From Lingula anatina (Eukaryota; Animalia; Brachiopoda), in contig CM120648.1 of NCBI GenBank assembly GCA_051362555.1, positions 12,644,587 to 12,708,586 of the forward strand: a DNA stretch of 64,000 nucleotides. Reading direction: 5' to 3'. A program made the position numbers and the translations under genes. The notes under the pieces were generated by a model. That model was not told where the DNA came from. It made no database searches and worked only from the letters and a program-made list of their open reading frames with translations. This document shows positions 1 through 12,147 of the stretch, piece after piece; the first letter of the stretch is position 1; each line of letters begins with the position of its first letter.

Positions 1-105
1 CCAAAGTGAGCACTTAGATGGAAACCCAACGTTGGGCCAACGTATGCATGGTCAACCAAGGCAACGTTGGGCCAACGTTGGCCCAACGTTTGCATGCTAT
101 CTGGG
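1..105. mobile_element. Probable right end of a non-autonomous DNA transposon/MITE (CCCAG-type terminus)
   Basis: Repeated palindromic CCAACGTTGG motifs ending in TGCTATCTGGG at 105. The other end lies outside the window. Confidence 0.4.
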
Positions 106-1068
106 ATGGCTGTGGGCAGGGGAACTGTCCTTGGAAGCTGCGACACAGTGAGACAACCACATCCTCAATGCAGACCTACTCTCACCTAAGGGATCCGCAT
201 TTGAGTGGCGGTACAATGGCTGTGGGCAGGTGAACTGTCCTTGGAAGATGGGACACACAGTGAGACAACCACATCCTCAATGCAGACCTACTCTCACCTA
301 AGGGATCAGCATTTGAGTGGAGGTACAATGGCTGTGGGCAGGTGAACTGTCCTTGAAAGCTGGGATACACAGTGAGACAACCACCTCCTCAATGCAGACC
401 TACTCTTACCCAAGGGATCCACATTTGAGTGGAGGTACAATGGCTGTAGGCAGGGGAACTGTCCTTGGAAGCTGCGACACACAGTGAGACAACCACATCC
501 TCAATGCAGACCTACTCTCACATAAGGGATCCGCATTTGAGTGGCGGTACAATGGCATGGGCAGGTGAACTGTCCTTGGAAGATGGGACACACAGTGAGA
601 CAACCACATCCTCAATGCAGACCTACTCTCACCTAAGGGATCAGCATTTGAGTGGAGGTACAATGGCTGTGGGCAGGTGAACTGTCCTTGGAAGCTGGGA
701 TACACAGTGAGACAACCACCTCCCAATGCAGACCTACTCTTACCTAAGGGATCAACATTTGAGTGGAGGTACAATTGGCTGTGGGCAGGGGAACTGTCCT
801 TGGAAGATGGGACACACAGTGAGACAACCACCTCCTCAATGAGGACCTACTCTTACCCAAGGGATCCACACATGAATGGTGGTACAATGGCTGTGGGCAG
901 GGGAACTGTCCTTGGAAGATGGGACACACAGTGAGACAACCACCTCCTCAATGCAGACCTACTCTTACCCAAGGGATCCACATCTGAGTGGCGGTACAAT
1001 GGCTGTGGGCAGGGGAACTGTCCTTGGAGTCTGGGACACACAGTGGGACAACCACCTTCCCAATGCAG
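106..1068. repeat. Tandem repeat, ~112-bp unit, ~8.6 copies
   Basis: ATGGCTGTGGGCAGG-like unit starts at 106, 216, 328, 440, 552, 663, ~775, 887 and 999. Confidence 0.95.
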
Positions 1069-2044
1069 AAAGGGATAAAGACAGTAACTAGGCTGTTCTT
1101 CTTGTTCATGTCTTCCATGTAAAATTTCAGAATGGCCTTCCAGTTGGTCTGTTAACTTAAGATGCTTTGATTGTCATTTGTACATCCAAGGCGGAAATCA
1201 ATAATTCACTTTTCGATCAGTGTCTATAAAAGAGTTCTTATGACGTTCTATACTATAGTGGCAGTAGTTCCATTGTGGTAGCAATCCTGGTCCCAATTTC
1301 ATCAACACTAGACAGCACTATCCTCTGTGTCATTAAGCCTGACATGACAAAAAATTTGGCAATCACATCCAGAGTCAGAGATCTATGTACTAAGTTTATA
1401 GCATCATCAATTCTATTTTAAAAATATATGTGGTCATTCTACGAGAATTTCTGTTGCCAAAAGAAATCTGAAAGAAAAAAGTATTAGTTCATACATTAAA
1501 ACCACAGCAGATGTCATTATGAATTACAGCAGAAAAAAAAAACTTGGAAGTCAAATTAACAGTAACATCACTGAGAGCATCCGAGTCTAAGTCCACTGCT
1601 GACATTAGTACTGACACAACCAGATTTATCAGTTCAGCCTCATAGTCCAAATTTCGCATAGAGACAGATGAAAACAAAATGGCAAAGAACACTAACAATG
1701 TATTGTTTTTTTTTTTTTTTTTTTTTTTCAACGTCGTCCTACTGTACGTACTGAGGCATATGGTAAAATAAATAGTCAAAAGCACATTGCATCGTGATGA
1801 GAACGTCTAGAGCGCAGCTGAAACAATCTTTATAACATGTGTCCTTCACCTTTTTGGTCCAGATGTACTCCCATCTCGTCAAAATAAAGCTTGAATGACG
1901 TTTTACAAAGACTCAAATTGCTCCCACGAAGTCTACGGTTTTTCAGCCTCATCATTTCATTGTTAGTGTAGCGTTTCCGACTTTTTACAGTTTTCACACT
2001 GAAGAAAGAATTCAATGGCATTTTACGGGAAATTAATCAAAGTA

Positions 2045-3860
2045 TTGCCTCAGTTTTCGGCCTTACAAGCTCACGGTACCCTTACCGCTGGTAAGGCCTC
2101 ATAGCAGTATGGGGGGCGTCTCGATAGTCCGAAGGTTCATTGGTCCGAAGGTTCATTGGTCCGAAAAGTGGTAACATTTTCGTCGATTTTTTTAATCAAG
2201 GGTTCATTGGTCCGAAGGTTCTATAGTGAACATTCGGACTATTGAACCTTCGGACTATCGCTACGGCCCCGCAGTATGTACAAAAAAACTTGAGACACTT
2301 AAGTACCTCGAGATGTCCACGTTCTGACAATCTCTGTGGGTCCTCCGTTGTACCTTGTAGTATGTAAATCCAATTAAAAGTGTTTTCGTGTACCTTCAGG
2401 CACGAAGTTCATAAAGTTTTGGTCACTTTATTTCAGCTTCCTCCTGCACCGACACAACAGCACGCCATATTGTGGTACACTTGCGGAAAGGACGACCACC
2501 TTTTCAAGGTCGACCTCGAAATGGAGTTGACCTGTTTCACGTTTCCAATGTAAACTTTTAGCGCCCTCGGGTGACGAGTTGTGAAAAATGGTGTTTGATC
2601 CATGTAGGCAACCTAGCTCCAGTTTATGTTTTACAAGCATTTGGCCATCCATTTGCGCTTCTGACGAATTTGGCCTACCTTTGCCCTAAAACCTACTTGA
2701 ATAAATATTTGAGAAATTTTATAATTATAGTATTTTATAGCAATAAAAATATATTTAAAAATCACGTATTGTTTTATATTTTTTAATTATTAGTAGTATT
2801 ATATTTTCGCCCTTAATCAAAATACATACATGAATTACATTAAAAGGAAAAAATGTTTTTTACTTATTTTTTTCTCAATTTATTTATTTTTATTTCTTTT
2901 GAGGAAGAGGTTAAGGTGTACAGAGGCCTTGAAGTCGTTTGTGTGATGCAAAAATGAAATAAATGACTGGTAACTGTTTGATGTTCCCAGAGTGAATGAC
3001 GCCTATTCGTTTTGCGGTTCATTTTTCATTTCCAGTCTTGTATTTTTGACTTGAGCTGCAATTTATTTATTTATTTTTATTTTATCATTTTTTGTCCTCT
3101 CCCAGGAGTGTTTGGAACACCAGAGCTCGAGCATGTCATCCATAAAATAATAAATAAACAAAACAAAGAAATAAAAATAAAAAAATAAAAAAATTGATAA
3201 AAAAAATAAGTAAAAAACATTTTTTCCTTTTAATGTAATTCATGTATGTATTTTGATTAAGGGCGAAAATATAATACTACTAATAATTAAAAAATATAAA
3301 ACAATACGTGATTTTTAAATATATTTTTATTGCTATAAAATACTATAATTATAAAATTTCTCAAATATTTATTCAAGTAGGTTTTAGGGCAAAGGTAGGC
3401 CAAATTCGTCAGAAGCGCAAATGGATGCCCAAATGCTTGTAAAACATAAACTGGAGCTAGGTTGCCTACATGGATCAAACACCATTTTTCACAACTCGTC
3501 ACCCGAGGGCGCTAAAAGTTTACATTGGAAACGTGAAACAGGTCAACTCCATTTCGAGGTCGACCTTGAAAAGGTGGTCGTCCTTTCCGCAAGTGTACCA
3601 CAATATGGCGTGCTGTTGTGTCGGTGCAGGAGGAAGCTGAAATAAAGTGACCAAAACTTTATGAACTTCGTGCCTGAAGGTACACGAAAACACTTTTAAT
3701 TGGATTTACATACTACAAGGTACAACGGAGGACCCACAGAGATTGTCAGAACGTGGACATTTCGAGGTACTTAAGTGTCTCAAGTTTTTTGTACATACTG
3801 CTATGAGGCCTTACCAGCGGTAAGGGTACCGTGAGCTTGTAAGGCCGAAAACTGAGGCAA
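2045..3860. mobile_element. Foldback DNA transposon with long TIRs and 9-bp TSD (Mutator-like by TSD length), non-autonomous
   Basis: Near-perfect inverted arms 2045-~2900 and ~3165-3860 (TTGCCTCAG...CTGAGGCAA). ATCAAAGTA is duplicated at 2036-2044 and 3861-3869. Confidence 0.9.
2112..2270. mobile_element. 159-bp MITE with 8-bp TSD inserted in the left arm of the foldback
   Basis: GCAGTATG at 2104-2111 and 2271-2278. Imperfect TIRs GGGGGCGTCTCGATAGTCCGAAGGTTCA / TGAACCTTCGGACTATCGCTACGGCCCC. The empty site is visible in the right arm. Confidence 0.92.
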
Positions 3861-5405
3861 ATCAAAGTACAACCATCTTAGTTTTCGCTCCTAATGAAGA
3901 ATAGACTCACTGCAGAGAAAGTTTGATATTAATCCCGGCGTCTTCAACGTCGTGACGTATTTCACGCTCAGCTAATGTGCTAGCTTTTCCTGGAAAATTG
4001 AGTACTAATGTGCTGGCTTTTCCTGGAAAATTGAGTACAGCACTCGATAGAGGGCATTCATTGCCATCAAGATTTTTCAAATGATTGAAATAGTAGGCAA
4101 AGGGGTGTGGGAACTGTCCAGTAATTTGTCTCAAATTCAACAGACGACCTAATAAGTTAGCAGACACAAATTTAGGAAATTGTTGGACACAAATGTACAA
4201 GAAAATGTTGGAAGTACGAAAATGATTGAAAAAATACTGGTAGACGCACTCTCCGAGTACCTGCCACTGCTACGTATGGGCCCTAGCTAACCTTGCTGGA
4301 AATGCTAGAATGCAGTTCCAATTGTAACTCGTAAGTTTGTCAAAATGCATCGGGAGGTGTTTTTTCTTTTGATTACAATAACAATTCTTATGGTTCAGCG
4401 ATTACTTTTGAGACATTAACTTGAATTTTACTTTGGAATTTTATTTAAAACGATATTTCATACTGCCACCTATCGTCAATATAAGCACAACACCACGGCG
4501 CAGACGATGGAAAAGTTTTAGTTGCCAAAAGTATAAAGTTAGCAACAAGGTAGTAAACCTAAAAGAATTTTTAACGCTGTTGAATTTTTTCCTCAATTTA
4601 AGAACGTTTTGGGGGATAAGTCAACCTGAAACATCTTTTTCTCGCCTTTTTCGTAAAAAATTAAGAGTGAAGCATCATCAGCGATAGCACGAAAATTCAT
4701 GCGTAGCACTCCTATTGACAGTTCTGAAATGCTACTGGCTGTGCACATTACAGTTTATAGATTAAGGTTTGTGAGTTGCTTTGACAGTACACAGCACTTA
4801 GTATTGAATGTTATGGGTACACTAGGCAAATGAAAAGAGGTGTCTTTTTCACTTTCAGTCCAAGATGATGCAGTGAAGCCAGCATGTTGTCCATGTTTTG
4901 CCAAAAAATTAAGAAGAATAATCTCTCAGTGAATTTTATCAGTGGTCACATCATAGTAGTTCCGTTTTGGCTCCTAGCCGTGCTCATAGGTAGGAAAACT
5001 TTTGTTGAATAAATTAATTAAATCAATGATATTTCATACATTATATTTTTTGCCACAACAACATCAATTAAATGCACCCCCAATGTTTTCATAATTATAG
5101 ATATTTCAGTGAAAATCATGTGTAGAAATGAATTTAGGTTAGATGAATGATTACAGATTGAATGATCCACTTTAATAATTATTGAATAAAACTGTCAGTA
5201 CTTTCTCATGAATGGCTAGCTTGCTCTTTTAGAGTTGAGCTCTCTATCTCTCATCTGCTTCAGCGGAAACAGTTAAACTAATGAATGTGGACTGGTGCCA
5301 GAAAATTAAATTACACAAAATGTCATTGTTATATTGTGGTTTCAAGGAAAATTAAGGATTCTAGCATCAGACAATGGGGGTGTGGATCTTACTAGTTAGT
5401 TACCA

Positions 5406-5807
5406 CAAGGAGTTATAACAGAAGGAGATTACACGCGTGGGGGCGGAGCCCGTATTACGGTCTCTCATTGGTCGGAATGAATAGAACCCATAGAACAACG
5501 CTTTCTGTTACTCTCGTTTAAATCTCGTTTGTCAGAATAGTTCCCTTTGTCTGTCGTTTGGAGAGGACAGAAACAGAAACGTAGTCAAAAGTTTCTTAAA
5601 ATGAGAGAATTACAGAGTGCAGAGGATATAACGTTGCATAAGGTTTTCAAAAACAGGTAAGTGCTTTTAAATGCATAACTACACGAAATATGAAGATAAA
5701 TTGCAACTTTTATGCCGTAGGGTCTCACTGTGTAAGTGACCAGCTACACGTTGATCTCGCGAGGTGGTGTGTGGAGAATAAATATAGCACGAAAAATATT
5801 TCCCACT
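5406..5807 (+). mobile_element. Truncated terminal fragment of the P/Galileo-like foldback family
   Basis: Starts CAAGGAGTTATAACAGAAGG and aligns with 38899-~39320. Confidence 0.85.
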
Positions 5808-6599
5808 TGATATTACTAGCTACACATTCTTCATACTTGTAATGTTTTTAGTCCTTGTGTCATTCCACATCGTCTTTTTCATTAAATAATAAAAAAAAAA
5901 AAAACTTGTTATGCAAGTAATTTTTTGCCTATTTTTTTTCTTTCTTATTTTACTTTTCTACAGATAAATATTTATCAAAAAATTATTATTTGATTTAATG
6001 TCAATGATTTAAAACATTAGAAAATACACATGAAAACACGAATAATGGTTTATATTTCTATTATTTTACTTCGGTCTGACAGATTTTGTTTCGGTCTGAC
6101 AAAATTTTCAGGCTTGTCAGACCGAATGTCTGACAGATTTTTTGGCCTTTCGTAAAGTCTGGAGTAGTGGCCATAAGATATCGAAACTGAAAACTGTCTC
6201 TAATTCGGGAACCGTTTATGCTAGAGATCCATTCTTTTTTGCATTTTGTAGAGCATGTAAAGCCAAACACTGGGGGTGGTCTCCGTTTTTTTTTTTTTTT
6301 TTGTATTCCATACGGTTTTCGAGTTACGCTGTATCAAAAAGTACCTATTGGTGGTGGAACCAAAATGTGCAGTACGGTAATGGATAGTAAATTTTGAACC
6401 CTGGAAAAATAAAACATAAGGCTTGGCGAGGCAGACAACTTGTGGTCAAAAATGACATTATTTCATCAAATTTGAACATCTGGAACTTCAGAGCACCTCC
6501 CATTTCAAGAATTTTGACCAAAATGACCTTTTCTTTATTTTATTTAGTTTTTTCTGTAGAAAATTTATGGCACATTATTGTAACTACAAAATTATAACA

Positions 6600-7133
6600 T
6601 TTAGTCCCTTATATCTCCAAAACTGGCAGAGATAGGTCCATAGTGACTATTAAAGTTGAAAAGGAAATCATATACTGGCAATCTAAATGTGACCTTGAAA
6701 TTGACCTTTGACCTACTTTTCATCATGAATTGAACTTTTCTAATTTTTGTTCCCTTTTATCTCCAAAACTGGCAGAGATAGGTCCATAGTTACTTTTGAA
6801 CTTAAATAGGAAGTCATATACTGGCAATCTAAATGTGACCTTGAAATTGACCTTTGACCTACTTTTCATCATGAATTGAACTTTTCTAATTTTTGTTCCC
6901 TTTTATCTCCAAAACTGGCAGAGATAGGTCCATAGTTACTTTTGAACTTAAATAGGAAGTCATATACTGGCAATCTAAATGTGTCCTTGAAATTGACCTT
7001 TGACCAACTTTACACCATAAACTGAACTTTGCAACTTTTTAAAGCTTTTATTTTCAAAACTGGCAGAGATACGCCCATAGTTACTATTGAACTTGAATAG
7101 GAAGTCATAGGAGGCAATTTACTGTGACCTTAA
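6600..7133. repeat. ~146-bp satellite array, left part (continues at 15322)
   Basis: ATCTCCAAAACTGGCAGAGATAGG-like motif at 6613, 6759, 6905 and ~7050, with TGACCTTGA and TGACCTTTGACCT motifs. Confidence 0.9.
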
Positions 7134-8117
7134 AGGACAATGGTCATATAAAAATCCATTTCTCGAATTTTGAAGATTCAGCACTCAATCTATACACTAG
7201 ATCCCCGCCATTAAAAAATTATAAAAACAAACTATTAGTAGTAAAAAAGCGTTTTAGTAAACCTCACCTCAATATGCATAAATGAAGCAACAGATCTGGG
7301 TCACGCGGTACTGTGACGACAATTGGGATAAAGGTCTACGAGACTCAACTGAGCTGCATGGTGCAAACAGACAGAATGATTTTGGAAAGTTATGTTGAAC
7401 GGAGTTGAGCAATTTTCTTTATGCCTCAGTGTGTTGCTGTGGGATTCACCAAAATTGCAGCACTTGACTATCTTTCTTTATCTGTGACGGTCTCCATGAC
7501 TAACTTACTAACTTCGGTGACAATAGTTGAGATCCTCGCGATCTCGGTCACCTCAGGTGTTTTAGATCATATCAAAAGCTGATAGTCTTTTAGATACTGT
7601 CATCAGTTGGCAAGCTTACTAATTGCTGATGCATTTTTAAATTCATTGTAGTTGACCAAGAGCTGGTTAACAATAAAACCTGTTAATTATGCACCGCTGC
7701 AATTCCCAAGCCAGGTAATAACAGGTATGAAACTCGTCTTGGTGGGCTTTCATATTTTTCAATATATCTCATTTATTTCATGGGGTTATTTTATTGGTAT
7801 TTGTAAATGACGTTAAATATCAATACTTAAACAATTAAGTTCAAACACGGTCGCGAACAATAATAAAAGAAATTGCTCTCAGGGTAACTTGAAGCTTCCG
7901 TGGAAGACAACGTGTTGAGGAAAAACAGAGAGAAGAGCGTTATATTAAAGAAAAAAATGGGAACTGCTGTAATAAAATGGTTCGTTATCCTAATTCGTTT
8001 ATGCATTGAGGATTTGTTTCTGAAGATTATTTCATCTGAAATATAAAATACATATATATAAATAATTTAAAAGATTGATCATTTTATAACTTGAAACGCA
8101 AATTCTGCGTCAGTACG

Positions 8118-8167
<50 letters not shown>

Positions 8168-9063
8168 AAATTTGTAAGCTTAGAACACCGTGCTATAAAG
8201 ATCTACTCAAGAAAAAATTTGCTTGGGTAAAATTGAGTACGGAATGAACTGGAGACACTTGGCTTGTCATTAAGTTTACACGAAAATATGTCAGGTAACT
8301 TTATACTGTCTTTGAAAGAGTAAAGATTGAAAGATAATTTTAGACAAACTTTGACGGAGGAAATACCTACAAAGAGTAATGGGCTATTTCGCCAACATCT
8401 TGTTGAAAATTTTACACTGCAATTCTATTTAAATAAGCTAAGGAACTAATTGCCAAATTTATACTCTCATCATATAACAGGGGGGTAACTAGACCTGCAA
8501 AAATTGTACGCACATATTTTAAAAAATTACAAGCACATACAGCAAAATGTAGACTTACGCAAAACATGAAGGACATGTACCTCAAATGTACCTCATATAG
8601 TAGCTTAATTTCCATTAATAATAAAATCATCATTTAAGTCAAAAATATTCTCGCGATTTAATAACAATTCTAATTTACCCAGAACGGTATATTTATTTTA
8701 AAGGCGGTTAACTGAAATATAGCTTTATGATTTGTTTGTGAAAACTGCCCATGTCACCCTGTTAGTTTGGAGGTCTAAGCTGGATCAAGTCCGTGATAAA
8801 ATTCCGATGAAGTTGTGCAGGAAAAATTCTTCCCTTCTTTCTCTAGCTCCTCGATAAACCTGGTGTTCAGATTTTATCTAGTACCCCCAGGTCTACGGGA
8901 GCTGCTCTTTGTAACTAACGCACAGGTAGATTTTTACCTGAGATAACTGGAGTAAAGCTTAGTTAGTTAGTTAGTTAATTTTATTCCCATATAAGCAAAA
9001 CGAATTACATTGCGCGGGCAAAGATTTTGTTGTATACGGGTTTGACCTTTCTTTCGTTTTTCT

Positions 9064-12000
9064 TTAATATTTAGTTAAACACATTCTTATACATCTGCAT
9101 ACGTCATTGAAAACCCTTTCTAAGTTTGTAAAGTCTATTGTAGGGAATTTGTTGCGGCAAATAGCCGTATAAATACAATCACATATTGCGTGTTTCTCCG
9201 TTTGTATGTTGCCGCACTCACAGAGTCTTTGTTCGCGTGGCTTTTTCGCCCATCTGCCTGTCTCGATAGCCAGACTGTGTGCAGATAATCTTAATCTAGT
9301 GGCTGGGATTCTGTCCTCCTCCCGAACCGCCCCTTCGTACATGGCGTGTACGCTCACACTGGGGTTTATCTCGGTATAAAACACACTTTTACTACTTCGG
9401 GAGTTCTTAATAGCTAACTGTCTCTTAGTGATGTCAGAGATACAAATGTCATCAACCTCGTTTAGCACGTTGGTCAAGTAATTGGCGCCCTTCGTCCGGG
9501 CATTTTTACAGAGTGTCCACACAGTCATCAGGGGGTCGTCTGGTAGATCTGATCTTTCAGAAAGTACTTTGGACATAAATGTTTTCTGCGTTTTCTTAAC
9601 TCTGGCTGACAACGAAGGAACACCGAGCTCTGCCAATACGAGGTCGTTAGGCGTCGATGTCCTAACTCCCAGTAGGATTTTTAATGCTGCCAGGTATATA
9701 ACATTGGCTGGCATAGCGCCGCCGCACAGCCATGCCTCACTGCCATACAAAATGGAGCTCATAAGAGCGGCGTCAAGCACTTTACGTTTTATCCAAAAAG
9801 GGAAGTCCTGGTTTTTTTTGTATAAATGCGGCAAATTTGAATAAATGTGAATGTTTGTGTAATACCTGTTCTTTTACGGAGGTGGAGACTTTGCCGTCCT
9901 GGCTAAACACAGCGCCTAAGTATGTATATAATTCGCAATTTTCCACATTGTAGCCTGGCACATGAATTGTCTCCCGGTCGCTAGCGTCACCGTTGATAAC
10001 CATAAACTGTGTCTTTGTTTCATTAATTACCATCCCAGACTGCAAACAAAAGTTTTTTAAGATGTTAAATTTGTGCGTGATCCCTTCTCTGGTTGTGGAA
10101 AGTAAAATAGTATCGTCCATAAGAAGTAGGGCGTGCAGTCGGCCGAGGTAGCCGTCCGGCTGACACTGATCACGCAGGTCGCGCACTAATTGGTCGATGT
10201 ACATAGTGAATAGAAAACAGCTCGACGGTGATCCTTGGAGTACTCCTATTTTAGTTGAAATCATCGCGGTCCCGAGTGCTAGTTTTGTATTCGAGTACAT
10301 AGCTGCGATGGCGGCGGTCATCGCGTGACCGCACCCCCGGCTGCACAAGGCTTTAATGAGGGAGTCCCTTGGAAGTTTGTCATACGCTTTAGTAAAGTCC
10401 ACTTAGATAATGTACAGTTTTTGACGTTTGCACATTGCGTAATCGATCAATAAACGGAGAGTGAGAATATGTTCGGAGCAGCTTCTGCCTTTTTGGGCCC
10501 CTGCTTGTTCTCTGTGAGGTTTAAACCATTTTTCGAGCCGTTTAAACAATACAAGGTCGTACAACTTGGCAAACGTGTCCATAATCGAGATCCCCCTATA
10601 ATTTCCGCAGACGTCCCGTGCGCCTTTCTTGAATAAAACTACTAGTCTCGACACAGTCCATGTAGTTGGCACAACTGTGTTAACAAATATTAGGTTAAAT
10701 ATAATGGTGATAAAAATTAACCACTTGGCGGAGAATGCTTTCAGTACCCCCGGGGGGGGGGGGGGGGGGGATTCTGATGGACCACCGCTCTTGTCACTTT
10801 TTACGCACCTTATAGCATCCACTATCTCCCCTGGATTTATAGGATCGTCGGTGATTGGGACGTAGGGGCACGCGATCTCGTTGGGAGCCGGTTCCGCTCC
10901 GGCTGGGGCTAGTAGATTCTCGAAGTGCACTTTAAAATCTGATTCGCTGGGGGTTATGTTCTCAGGTTCGCTCCGCGACTTAACGGTTCCGTTCCAATTT
11001 ATTCTCTGCCACAAGGCTCTTGAGTCATGAATCATTGCGATGTCCATGGACTAGAAGTTCTGTCTGTCGCATTATTGGTTTGACTGGTCGATGCTGCGGT
11101 TAATGCCTCGCGCATCTTTAGATCTAATTCGTTACAGATTTTGTTCACATCGAAATTTTCTGTATCAATATCAGGTGGGTCGGTCCGTTCGATTGATTCA
11201 TAGAATGTTTTGTGGTCTACACTCGACCATGTGAAGTGCTTGTGAACTTTCGCGTTTCTGGCGGCTTCACCGCTTGTGGTGTGATCACATAACAACTGAG
11301 CGCGTTCTAGCGTAGCGTTTAAAAGCGTTCCCCTTCTCGATGACCATCCGCGCGTGTCAAATTTGATGAAAATTGGTGCGTGGTTAGATGGTAAGGTGAG
11401 GTTACGCATGATATCCAACTCTAAAACACAATGTATTAGGTCAGGTGATATGAAGCAATGGTCTAACTCAGATATCCATCTATCCCTCATTCTAAAAGTA
11501 AGATCGCAGGGATAATTTTTTCTGTTGCACTGTAGGCCGTTCACCAGCACTAACGGTTTCAATGCTCCCACGATAAGTACTGCGTTTTCGTTTGGAGTTT
11601 TCACCCTATCGTTTGGCATCCTATATGAGTAGCCCCTGCCTAGAGAATTTGAAAACGATTTTCGCAGATGTGAGAAACGAGAGTTTGTGTCTCCCAGTAA
11701 TACAAGGGACTTGTTGTTTTGGACTACGTCGTTGTTCACGAGACTGCTTAGCTCAGAGATTGTGTCTACATTAAAATAAGGTGACCCTTTGGGGGGTATG
11801 TAACATGACACAAAGATAACGTCAGGATAAGGCTTTAAACTGAAAGTTATCATGTCTGTTTTAGAACAGTTCATTTGCTCGATCTGAAAGTCAAGGCTAT
11901 TCCGCAAAAGCACTGCGCAACCTCCTCGGTGACGATTTTCCCCGCCGCTAAGATACGTTTTATAGCCGGGGATATAAAACATCATGCATCTTTTTGTTTC

Positions 12001-12147
12001 ATTCAATAAAATTATATCCGCTTGGTTAAATAATGTTTTTACATCAGTGTTTTCTAATTTGTTTTTTACGGAATTTATATTCCAATGCGCTACCCTAAGT
12101 ATATAACAATCACTTTGCCCTTTTATTAAAAATTCCCCAAGTCCCAA
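9064..12147 (-). pseudogene. LINE ORF2 (apurinic endonuclease + reverse transcriptase), broken into four ORFs
   Basis: HWNINS, LLNETK, LLGDTN, ELDHCFIS, SNHAPI (APE); NYRGISIM, DFTKAYD, GVLQGSPSS, LMDD, YTYLG (RT). Frameshifts near 11040 and 9815; in-frame stop at 10403-10405. Confidence 0.92.

Noticed and set aside
106-1068. CRISPR array or protein-coding repeat
   Set aside because: Contiguous units without unique spacers, no cas genes, and a unit length that is mostly not a multiple of three.
1085-1470. Minus-strand coding-like stretch after a TTTCAG acceptor
   Set aside because: Multiple stops in the frames examined and no recognisable motif.
2428-3645. Duplicated 71- and 74-aa ORFs as genes
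   Set aside because: Mirror products of the foldback arms with no recognisable motifs.
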